A stretch of DNA of 25,888 nucleotides from a virus (Duplodnaviria; Caudoviricetes). The stretch covers positions 1 to 25,888 of IMG/VR virus record IMGVR_UViG_3300033076_000693. The stretch is one strand, 5' to 3'. This document shows positions 1 through 6,455 of the stretch, piece by piece (positions within the stretch are counted from its first letter, which is position 1; every line of letters starts with the position of its first letter). The position numbers and the translations under genes were made by a program. The notes under the pieces are model-generated. The model was not told the origin of the DNA. It searched no databases and saw only the letters and a program-made list of their open reading frames with translations.

Positions 1-580
1 GCTCCGACAGCCAGCGGGCGAAGTCACCGTAGTCGGAGTTTTTGTATCCGGCCCTCCGGTGGCGCAGCTCGATCAGCCCAGCCTGCACGAGCGGGTTGAT
101 GATGGACCCCCGGTAGGTATTGCCGACGAACCCTGCGAACCCCGCCCGGCGCGTCTTGGCCGTACCACGGCAGGCGACGTACGGGCGCGGATCTATCGGA
201 ACGAGCGTTGTCAGGTCTGCCGTCGGACAAGACGCGCCATCGATATTAACCTGCCTCGAAAAACAGCCCGCTTTTCGGTATTCGGCCATCTTCGGCCACC
301 AAGGACTGTCCCCACCGTCGAAGCAGATATGCACAAGCGGCACCATCTTTCGGATAGCCGCGAGTATCTCAGGACGGGGATTGCCCGGCAGCCACGCAGC
401 GCCGATATAAAACGCGACATCCGGCGACGCTCCCTCGATGAACGGCAGTAGGTGAGCGTCGTCAGGAGAAGAAGCAGCTTCGTTGTATCGCGTCCACGCA
501 GGCGTCTCATTGAAGCTGCTCCAGCCACCCACAATCGGGTCGCAGTTGTCGGTTGACGTTGTGATGAAGGCGGCTTTCAT
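1..580 (-). CDS. putative glycosyltransferase (GT-B, CgeB/Glyco_trans_1_2-like), 3'-partial
   Basis: Not in the ORF track; translated by hand. ATG at 580 overlaps the gcrA stop (ATGA) and the frame is open to the window edge: MKAAFITTST...SPDVAFYIG...LVHICFDGGDSPWW...IDPRPY...AGFAGFVGNTYRGSIINPL...YGDFARWLSE. This pattern resembles CgeB-type GT-B proteins. Confidence 0.55.
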   Translation of the reverse strand, partial: MKAAFITTSTDNCDPIVGGWSSFNETPAWTRYNEAASSPDDAHLLPFIEGASPDVAFYIGAAWLPGNPRPEILAAIRKMVPLVHICFDGGDSPWWPKMAEYRKAGCFSRQVNIDGASCPTADLTTLVPIDPRPYVACRGTAKTRRAGFAGFVGNTYRGSIINPLVQAGLIELRHRRAGYKNSDYGDFARWLSE

Positions 581-1248
581 TCTGCGATCCCCTGTCTCGC
601 CACTTGCAGCGGATGCGGCCTGTAGCAGATACGAACATGATGCTCGCAGTAGGCAACCCCCGTCAAGGGCGGCCTGCCGCAGTAAAGGGTGCGTTCGCCT
701 TTTGGGTCGCCGGGGATAAATTGGCAGTGCCGCCGGGATCCGCCGACCCCCGCGACCAGCGTCGCCGGGTCGACGTCGTAGACCGGCATTTCCATCGGAA
801 CGCCGCTCTCGTTGATGGCCTTCCACTGCGTCAGGCGCGGCGATGGCTGCTTTGCCGGTCCCACCCTGCCGATCTTGATGCCTGCCCGGTTCAGGATGTT
901 GACGACGCGCCCGCGTGGAATTTCCGTATTGGCGCTGATGACCGTCGGATCGATGACGCCGTCGTTATAGCTCTTCAGCACCGCGTCGCGCTGCTGCGCC
1001 TCGCGGGCGGGATTGCGAAACGTCGTTGGCCCCTTGATTGGCGACAGGCGCGGGGGAAGCATCTGGCGATGCGCGCGACCAGTGACGGCAGACTTGGTCT
1101 TGCCGAGTCGCACGCCGATCTCGGTACAGGAAAGCCCCGTCAACCACAGCTCTTTCAGGAGGGCGTCCTGATCCGGCGTCCAAAGCGCCGAGGCTGGGCG
1201 TGGCCCCGTTGCCCCTGTCATTTCAGCACCAGCTTGTGTCCCGTGCAT
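577..1248 (-). CDS. gcrA: GcrA-family cell-cycle regulator homologue
   Basis: N-terminal WTPDQDALLKELWLTGLSCTEIGVRLGKTKSAVTGRAHR and C-terminal CQFIPGDP...YCG...YCEHHVRICY are GcrA signatures. Alternative start at 1221. Confidence 0.85.
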   Translation of the reverse strand: MHGTQAGAEMTGATGPRPASALWTPDQDALLKELWLTGLSCTEIGVRLGKTKSAVTGRAHRQMLPPRLSPIKGPTTFRNPAREAQQRDAVLKSYNDGVIDPTVISANTEIPRGRVVNILNRAGIKIGRVGPAKQPSPRLTQWKAINESGVPMEMPVYDVDPATLVAGVGGSRRHCQFIPGDPKGERTLYCGRPPLTGVAYCEHHVRICYRPHPLQVARQGIAE

Positions 1249-1430
1249 GCTTCCCCCTCCCCATTAAAACACATGATCATCTCGCTACCCTTCTCCTCGG
1301 TGCCCGCCCGGACCACCGCGACGATTGGCGCGTCTTTTGGGCCGCTTGCTGAAATGATCCGAGCTTCGCAGCCGCCGGGCGTTGTGACGTAGTAGCCATA
1401 GTGCGGCGTGATGATGACAGCGAAGGTCAT
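1218..1430 (-). CDS. hypothetical protein (70 aa)
   Basis: GGAG RBS and ATGA coupling to the upstream gene; MTFAVIITPHYGYY... Confidence 0.6.
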   Translation of the reverse strand: MTFAVIITPHYGYYVTTPGGCEARIISASGPKDAPIVAVVRAGTEEKGSEMIMCFNGEGEACTGHKLVLK

Positions 1431-1741
1431 TTTGGAGTCTCCGGGATAAAGGACCACTCGCTTAAATCTTTGTCGTTAAATGCGCTCGGCCCCCATTCAC
1501 GCCAGCAACGGCTATCCCAGCGAACGCAGCGCACATAAACATTCTTAGGGTCAACAGGATATATCCAATTTCCCCCGTTGTAGCGTGCAAGTATAAAACG
1601 CCCGTCCCTTGGTGCTGTCTCGATTGGTTGCCACTTGCTACCCCATCCCATCCCAACGTCAACGCCCGCCGTGTGGCCTTCGTCATAGCCATTGCTGAAG
1701 CCAGTGCGGTACCCTTTCGAGTATTCACTTTCCTCGCTCAT
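1427..1741 (-). CDS. phage protein with WQPIETAPRDG (DUF551-like) module
   Basis: KWQPIETAPRDGRFILA motif and N-terminal GYxxGFxxGY repeat; coupled at both ends. Confidence 0.7.
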   Translation of the reverse strand: MSEESEYSKGYRTGFSNGYDEGHTAGVDVGMGWGSKWQPIETAPRDGRFILARYNGGNWIYPVDPKNVYVRCVRWDSRCWREWGPSAFNDKDLSEWSFIPETPK

Positions 1742-2025
1742 TCCTTATCCGCCTCCCACCAAATGCACGCCATGCCGTCCTTGCGAACCTTGACGATCAG
1801 GCGCGGGATCTTGCCGCAGCCTTCGGTCGTGTGCCGAAGCACGAAATTGACGACCCGGCCGCCGTCGGGGAGCTTGTCGCCGCCGTGCATCGAGTAGCAT
1901 AGCGTAGCGAGGCGGTTGAACAACTGCCCCATCGGCTCGAACTCGAACGGCTGGCACTCGATCACGCGCCCCTGCGCGTGAACGCCTCCCGCCAGAAGGC
2001 ACAAAACGACGACCAGCCTAGTCAT
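1738..2025 (-). CDS. hypothetical exported protein (signal peptide, 4 Cys in mature part)
   Basis: GGGAG RBS; MTRLVVVLCLLAGGVHA-QG resembles a Sec signal peptide. Confidence 0.6.
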   Translation of the reverse strand: MTRLVVVLCLLAGGVHAQGRVIECQPFEFEPMGQLFNRLATLCYSMHGGDKLPDGGRVVNFVLRHTTEGCGKIPRLIVKVRKDGMACIWWEADKE

Positions 2026-2323
2026 CGGCAGCTCCCGCCATGCGAGACGCCACGACATGCCGCGAGCCGATGGCGTGTTTGACAGCCGACCGCTTCATAC
2101 CCAACCGCTCGGAAATGACGTCGATGCTGACCCCCTGCGCGTGCAGCTCGACGGCGCGGCGTGTGTGGAACGCGATGTCGAGATCCTTGCCGCTTTTGGT
2201 GCTGATACGGTTGCGGCTCGCAACAATATACACCGCCGCCCGCGAGCATCCGACACGCTCGGCGATCTGCGCGGCCTTCAATCCCTGTCGTAACAAGGTC
2301 AATATCTTTTCGGTTTGCGTCAT
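2018..2323 (-). CDS. tandem helix-turn-helix DNA-binding protein
   Basis: GLKAAQIAERVGCSRAAVY and GVSIDVISERLGMKRSAVKH. Confidence 0.75.
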   Translation of the reverse strand: MTQTEKILTLLRQGLKAAQIAERVGCSRAAVYIVASRNRISTKSGKDLDIAFHTRRAVELHAQGVSIDVISERLGMKRSAVKHAIGSRHVVASRMAGAADD

Positions 2324-2559
2324 TCTTTCCCTCCTTTTAATACCGCCTCGCGGCAGGCGTTGAAGCCCTTGGCGTAATCGCTTTCAATCTCAAATTCTTC
2401 CTTGTCGTTCTCGTCGTAACACCATTCCTTACGGGTATCTTCCTCTGGTACCCGCGCACTCAGAAACGCGGCGAGGGCTTCCCGTGTTCTGCCAAGGCCC
2501 GCGTGGACTTCCCAGAACGCCTTTATCTCTTCATCGCTGATCCTCGGGGCGTCGGTCAT
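2320..2559 (-). CDS. hypothetical protein, MTDAPRIS family copy 1
   Basis: ATGA-coupled; shares MTDAPRIS, RTRExLAAFLxARVP and GFNACR blocks with 2825..3091. Confidence 0.75.
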   Translation of the reverse strand: MTDAPRISDEEIKAFWEVHAGLGRTREALAAFLSARVPEEDTRKEWCYDENDKEEFEIESDYAKGFNACREAVLKGGKE

Positions 2560-2828
2560 GGCGCTACCCCAATATCTTCCGCAACCATCTCGGTACGGCG
2601 CTCGGCAATCTCCCGCGCGATCATTCCAAGTGGCTTTACGGTATCGTCAACATACAGATCCCGGAACGTCATCTCGTCGTAAGACGGATACGGCTCGCCG
2701 GGGAAAGTGTAGTAACGCGGCGCAAGGGCTTGAATGGCCGCTTGTGGCGGCAGACTGGCGAGCCACGCAGCCCATGCTTTATCAGTATGCGCGCGCAGTC
2801 CATAGTCTGTTGTGAATGGAACGGTCAT
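2556..2828 (-). CDS. hypothetical protein (90 aa)
   Basis: ATGA overlaps at both ends; MTVPFTTDYGLRAH... Confidence 0.65.
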   Translation of the reverse strand: MTVPFTTDYGLRAHTDKAWAAWLASLPPQAAIQALAPRYYTFPGEPYPSYDEMTFRDLYVDDTVKPLGMIAREIAERRTEMVAEDIGVAP

Positions 2829-3091
2829 CCCTTTCCCCTCAACACAATGTCCCGGCAGGCGTTGAAGCCGCGCTTCCAAGCGGGCTGTTCGTGGCCGGGC
2901 ATCATGTCATCTTCGTTGAGAAACACGACAACTCCGGGCGCAACTGCATCCGGCACCCGTGCGGCGAGGAACGCGGCGAGGTATTCACGGGTCCGCGTGA
3001 TGTAGCCTTCGGATGGCATGAACGTGCTGCCGTGCATGTCGTGGATGTGCTTGATCGCTTCCTCGCGGCTGATCCTCGGGGCGTCGGTCAT
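2825..3091 (-). CDS. hypothetical protein, MTDAPRIS family copy 2
   Basis: Start placed at 3091 from the 24-bp identity with the start of 2320..2559 and ATGA coupling. Confidence 0.75.
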   Translation of the reverse strand: MTDAPRISREEAIKHIHDMHGSTFMPSEGYITRTREYLAAFLAARVPDAVAPGVVVFLNEDDMMPGHEQPAWKRGFNACRDIVLRGKG

Positions 3092-3219
3092 CGCGGCCCC
3101 CATTGAAGAAGCGCATACATGATCATCGCGACGATGTAAGTGGCCCACGCTGGTCCGCGAGATAGATGCGGCGCGATGCAGATTATTCCGCAAAGGCCGA
3201 TGAATTGTGCTGTTGTCAT
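3088..3219 (-). CDS. small hydrophobic (probable membrane) protein, 43 aa
   Basis: Hand translation MTTAQFIGLCGIICIAPHLSRGPAWATYIVAMIMYALLQWGPR; GGAGG RBS; ATGA overlaps at both ends. Confidence 0.65.
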   Translation of the reverse strand: MTTAQFIGLCGIICIAPHLSRGPAWATYIVAMIMYALLQWGPR

Positions 3220-3659
3220 CGCGGGGCCTCCGGTGCTGCGGCGAGCATGGCGGCGTAAGACTTCTCGAACATCATCTGCGGCGACATGCGGAAGCCGAGC
3301 GGCGCGATGCAGCCAAGTTTCAGCCCGTGCGCGTCGATGGCCGCGTTGAGCATTTCGTCAGTCGGCACGACCGGAACCAACTTCCATCCCGTCGGCACCT
3401 TCCCGGCCATGCGGGCGAGGACGGCGGCGCGGGCGTTTTCCGGCTCGCCGTCGGGGGCTAGATCAAATTCATCGTCTCGTATCATTTGAAGATAATGATC
3501 CAGCACCGCCGCATCCTCCGGCCCCGGCTGCGGCGTGAGGGGGGCGGCAGCGTTCCACGCTGCCTCGCAGTCGTTCATGTGCTTGGTGTCGGCCCCGCGC
3601 GTGCGGAAGGTTCGGTTGTACCAACGCTCGAACGGTGTCAGGTCGTCGGGGTCAGCCAT
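3216..3659 (-). CDS. mosaic phage accessory protein with GWKLVPxxPTxEM...YxAMLAAAP module
   Basis: VPTGWKLVPVVPTDEMLNAA...YAAMLAAAP is a common module of phage early accessory proteins; carries anchors A, B and C. Confidence 0.75.
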   Translation of the reverse strand: MADPDDLTPFERWYNRTFRTRGADTKHMNDCEAAWNAAAPLTPQPGPEDAAVLDHYLQMIRDDEFDLAPDGEPENARAAVLARMAGKVPTGWKLVPVVPTDEMLNAAIDAHGLKLGCIAPLGFRMSPQMMFEKSYAAMLAAAPEAPR

Positions 3660-3671
3660 GCTCGCTTCCTT

Positions 3672-3848
3672 TCATTCGCAAGACAGGTCGGGACGGTGGG
3701 GGTCGTAGACGTCTTTTTCCTTGCGGGCTTTTATCGCGCAGATTGCGTGCTGCGTACGCCAACCACCGTTGTGGCGCTCGAAATGCCCGTCGCCAGCTTT
3801 GACCAGCTTGTCGCAGCGGTAGCAAATCCCGGGGTATTTATTTCGCAC
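3672..3848 (-). CDS. small putative Zn-binding phage protein, 58 aa
   Basis: Hand translation from GTG with AAGGAG RBS: MRNKYPGICYRCDKLVKAGDGHFERHNGGWRTQHAICAIK... (CxxC...HxxC). Confidence 0.7.
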   Translation of the reverse strand: MRNKYPGICYRCDKLVKAGDGHFERHNGGWRTQHAICAIKARKEKDVYDPHRPDLSCE

Positions 3849-4290
3849 CGGTCGGCTCCTTGGTCTTGAGTGCGCGGGCGTATGCGACGGCTTTGCGAAG
3901 CTGCCGAAGCGCGAACCCCGGACCTTGGCCGACGAATTGTTCTTCGGTGATGTCCAATCCCTCGATCAGCGCGAAAGTGTCCTTGCACGCCGCCAGCGCG
4001 GCAGACAGGCGTTGACGGGCTTCAAGGTGCTCGTCTGCTCGATTGCGCTGGAACACGGCATCGGCCCGCGCCTCGCCTAATGATTGGTGCAGCCCCGCCA
4101 TGTGGCGGCGCAGGGCTTCCCCGTGTGCAGGATCGGTGAAGCGGGCAAGCAGTTCCTCTCGGTAGTCACCGCTTTCTGTTTTATGAGGCACGCGACGAAC
4201 CAGACGCCACCCGTCATGCGTGACGATCAACGCCTCGTCGTCAGGCGCGACCTCGACGGGCTGCGCGGTCATCGGGTCACGCTTTGGCAC
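3838..4290 (-). CDS. hypothetical protein (MPKRDPMTA start), coiled-coil rich
   Basis: GGAGG RBS and GTG start lie inside anchor E; same start as 18629..18871. Confidence 0.7.
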   Translation of the reverse strand: MPKRDPMTAQPVEVAPDDEALIVTHDGWRLVRRVPHKTESGDYREELLARFTDPAHGEALRRHMAGLHQSLGEARADAVFQRNRADEHLEARQRLSAALAACKDTFALIEGLDITEEQFVGQGPGFALRQLRKAVAYARALKTKEPTGAK

Positions 4291-5179
4291 GGTCGCCTCC
4301 TTCCGATGCGAGTGCGGCATCAACTTGGTTTGATATACGGGCTTTCTCGAATGCCCCGCGAGACGTACTCGGCAACCAGTAGCGCAAGCCGTCCGCAGCC
4401 TCGCGCAACGCAGCAGCCAGCCGGTCGGCGCGGGCTTTCTCTGCATCACGCTCTGCCTTGAATTGCTCGCCAGCATTGAAGGCGTCGCTCCACCGCTGGT
4501 TTGCCGTGAGCGCGTTGTCCTGAGCGTCAAGGGCGGCTTTCTGTGCGGATTTCAGCCAGCCATCCAACTCCCGCACGCGGGCCTCGGCTTTGTCGATGCG
4601 GTCGGCGGCTTCTTCATTGAGCAGAAACGTCGGATCGTCGTTCCGCAACCGCGCCACCAGATCGTCGGCGGGGGCGGGCTTGTTCCACGCTTTCGCAAAC
4701 TCCTTGTCGGGGCCGATGTACGGCGGGCGCGGTGTCAGCCCATGCGTCAGCAATTCCGTAAGCTGCTTGTTCGCGGGTAGGTCTGCGATGCGCTCGCCGT
4801 CTGCCGGTGTAAAAGGAGCGGCGGCGCTCTCCGGACCTTCGCGCTCGCCTATGGGGTCCACATCCTCACGCACGGGAACCGAAGCAGCCATGCTTGACTC
4901 GGCCTCACCAGTGCTAGCGGGCGTCCGGCCCAATTCCTTCGCCTCGGCCTCACGGCGCTTCTTCCACTCCGCGATCCGTGGCGTGCAGGGGCCGGCGCAT
5001 GTTCCGACGCACGGGTGCCCGCCGCAGAAATCACCGTACTGCGGTTCGCGCTGCTCGGCCTCCCGGCGCGCGGCTTCTTCGCGGAAGAACTCAGCGACGG
5101 TTAAATTCGGGTACTCGTAACCACGCTTCCACACGTCAGCCAAGTCCCGCAGCATCGGCGGCGTCAGGCGGTCGGTCAT
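4277..5179 (-). CDS. modular mosaic accessory protein, MTDRLTPP family copy 1 (Ead/Ea22-like architecture)
   Basis: 300 aa, ATGA-coupled; contains EEAADRIDKAEARVREL coiled coil and anchors J, I, H, G, F shared with 19147..19827. Confidence 0.75.
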   Translation of the reverse strand: MTDRLTPPMLRDLADVWKRGYEYPNLTVAEFFREEAARREAEQREPQYGDFCGGHPCVGTCAGPCTPRIAEWKKRREAEAKELGRTPASTGEAESSMAASVPVREDVDPIGEREGPESAAAPFTPADGERIADLPANKQLTELLTHGLTPRPPYIGPDKEFAKAWNKPAPADDLVARLRNDDPTFLLNEEAADRIDKAEARVRELDGWLKSAQKAALDAQDNALTANQRWSDAFNAGEQFKAERDAEKARADRLAAALREAADGLRYWLPSTSRGAFEKARISNQVDAALASEGGDRAKA

Positions 5180-5439
5180 GACGTCACTCCCTGATCGGCA
5201 ATTGCCTCGGCGATCTGCTCATATTGATTAAGAACTGCGGAGACAGCCCTCATGCGCGCACTATGCTCGATGGTAGCTTCGTTGATCGCGCTTGGTCCCT
5301 GCGGATAATAGTCGCGCCCGTTGGGGTATGCCTCTTCCATGGCCGCCATCGCCGCGCGAAGAGCCGCGATGGCCTTGAGCTGCTGCTCCAGCAGACGCTC
5401 GCCGCTGGTGCCGTTCGTGTGGATGGTTGGCGTGATCAT
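5176..5439 (-). CDS. hypothetical phage protein (87 aa)
   Basis: ATGA-coupled at both ends; PTIHTNGTS...PNGRDYYPQG. Confidence 0.7.
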   Translation of the reverse strand: MITPTIHTNGTSGERLLEQQLKAIAALRAAMAAMEEAYPNGRDYYPQGPSAINEATIEHSARMRAVSAVLNQYEQIAEAIADQGVTS

Positions 5440-5609
5440 GCCTCGATCCCCCGCTCCGCGCCGACGATCTCCATCGCCTGCCGCAAGCGCGCGACCAGCT
5501 CGGTCGTGGTGAAATTCATCGCCGTTTGGTAGGCGACGACCTGCGCGTGGAAGGCGGGAAGCTCGGCCTTCAGGCGCAGCATGATGAGATCCGCATCGAC
5601 ATTCGACAT
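5436..5609 (-). CDS. hypothetical protein, 57 aa
   Basis: Hand translation MSNVDADLIMLRLKAELPAFHAQVV...; AAGGAG RBS; stop overlaps next ATG. Confidence 0.7.
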   Translation of the reverse strand: MSNVDADLIMLRLKAELPAFHAQVVAYQTAMNFTTTELVARLRQAMEIVGAERGIEA

Positions 5610-5651
5610 TTCATTTCTCCTTGGTTGGCAATCGGACGATGACAGGGATTG

Positions 5652-5679
5652 AGGCGGCGGTCAAGCGCGACCGCCGCCT
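5652..5679. promoter_or_regulatory. perfect 11-bp-stem hairpin overlapping a candidate leftward -35 (TTGACC)
   Basis: aggcggcggtc-aagcgc-gaccgccgcct; no U-tract; minus strand reads TTGACC-N17-CATCGT. Confidence 0.45.
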
Positions 5680-5686
5680 GCGCGGT

Positions 5687-6100
5687 TCAAAAGTTGTAGT
5701 CGTGGAACTTGTGGCGACCAACCGAGACGCTGCCGCCCTGCTGGCGCGTGCCGTAGCCCGCACGCTTCCACAGGCGGCGCTCGTTGCCCTCCTCGTCCTT
5801 CCAGCGGCGCAGCGTCAACGTGACCAGAGAACCGGCAGCGTCGGCTTCGTAGGTGTAGGTCTGCGACGACTGGTTCGTGCAGTGGCCGACGAAGCCGCCG
5901 GGGATCACCTCCGGCTTCCAATCTGGCGACAGCGTCGCCTTGTCGCACCGTGCGACGATGCGCGTCGGGGTGACCTTCAAGACCGTGTAGGCGTCGGCGT
6001 CGGTGTAGACGCTGACCGTGATGCCGTCGCCCGGCTTGACGGCGGCGATCTCGGCGGCGCGGGCGTTGAGTTCGGCAGTGCGTTCGGAAACGTAGGTCAT
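5687..6100 (-). CDS. hypothetical phage protein, first gene after leader copy 1
   Basis: GGAG RBS then ATG at 6100; phage-like codon usage; ends GRHKFHDYNF. Confidence 0.75.
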   Translation of the reverse strand: MTYVSERTAELNARAAEIAAVKPGDGITVSVYTDADAYTVLKVTPTRIVARCDKATLSPDWKPEVIPGGFVGHCTNQSSQTYTYEADAAGSLVTLTLRRWKDEEGNERRLWKRAGYGTRQQGGSVSVGRHKFHDYNF

Positions 6101-6175
6101 GTGGATCACTCCTGTCTGGGCGGGTCAAAAGCGACCCTGCCCACGAAATATCGCCGATACGTCAATCAGTGTCAA
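6098..6175 (-). promoter_or_regulatory. conserved promoter + hairpin leader, copy 1
   Basis: TTGACACTGATTGAC...AGGGTCgcttttGACCCgccc...GGAG...ATG. Confidence 0.7.
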
Positions 6176-6214
6176 CTGTTCTTTTGAGGCTAAAAATGCG
6201 TTGTTTTTCAATGG

Positions 6215-6409
6215 TTAAAATGGCGGGTCTTTCTGCGTCCGGCGCTGCATTTCCTCGATATAGCCGGTCACGACCGTCTCGATCAACGTGTTCCATTCGC
6301 CCTCGCTGAACGTCGCGACGTCAGTCTTTTTCAGGTGTTCGAGGTACTCGCCCGCGAGTGTGCCAGCGGCCTGCATTGCGGCGACTTCATCTTCGTTCGG
6401 ATCGATCAC
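6215..6409 (-). CDS. DUF6511-like protein (possible Cys-rich N-terminal extension)
   Basis: GGAGG + GTG start; IDPNEDEVAAMQAAG...GEYLEHLKKTDVATFSEGEWNTLIETVVTGY; frame is open upstream to 6577. Confidence 0.65.
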   Translation of the reverse strand: MIDPNEDEVAAMQAAGTLAGEYLEHLKKTDVATFSEGEWNTLIETVVTGYIEEMQRRTQKDPPF

Positions 6410-6455
6410 GCGGTCCCTCCCGTATAAGCATTTGACTGAGCAAAAGTAACGCACC

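Larger units (their letters stand above)
2351..3091 (-). repeat. anchor blocks shared by the MTDAPRIS paralogues
   Basis: 24 bp at 2536-2559 = 3068-3091; 12 bp at 2465-2476 = 2970-2981; 17 bp at 2351-2367 = 2853-2869. Confidence 0.88.
3215..5179 (-). repeat. anchor-block series, array 1 (blocks A, B, C, E, F, G, H, I, J)
   Basis: A 3215-3239, B 3414-3434, C 3525-3541, E 4257-4300, F 4409-4444, G 4658-4683, H 4815-4844, I 5054-5085, J 5139-5179. Confidence 0.92.
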
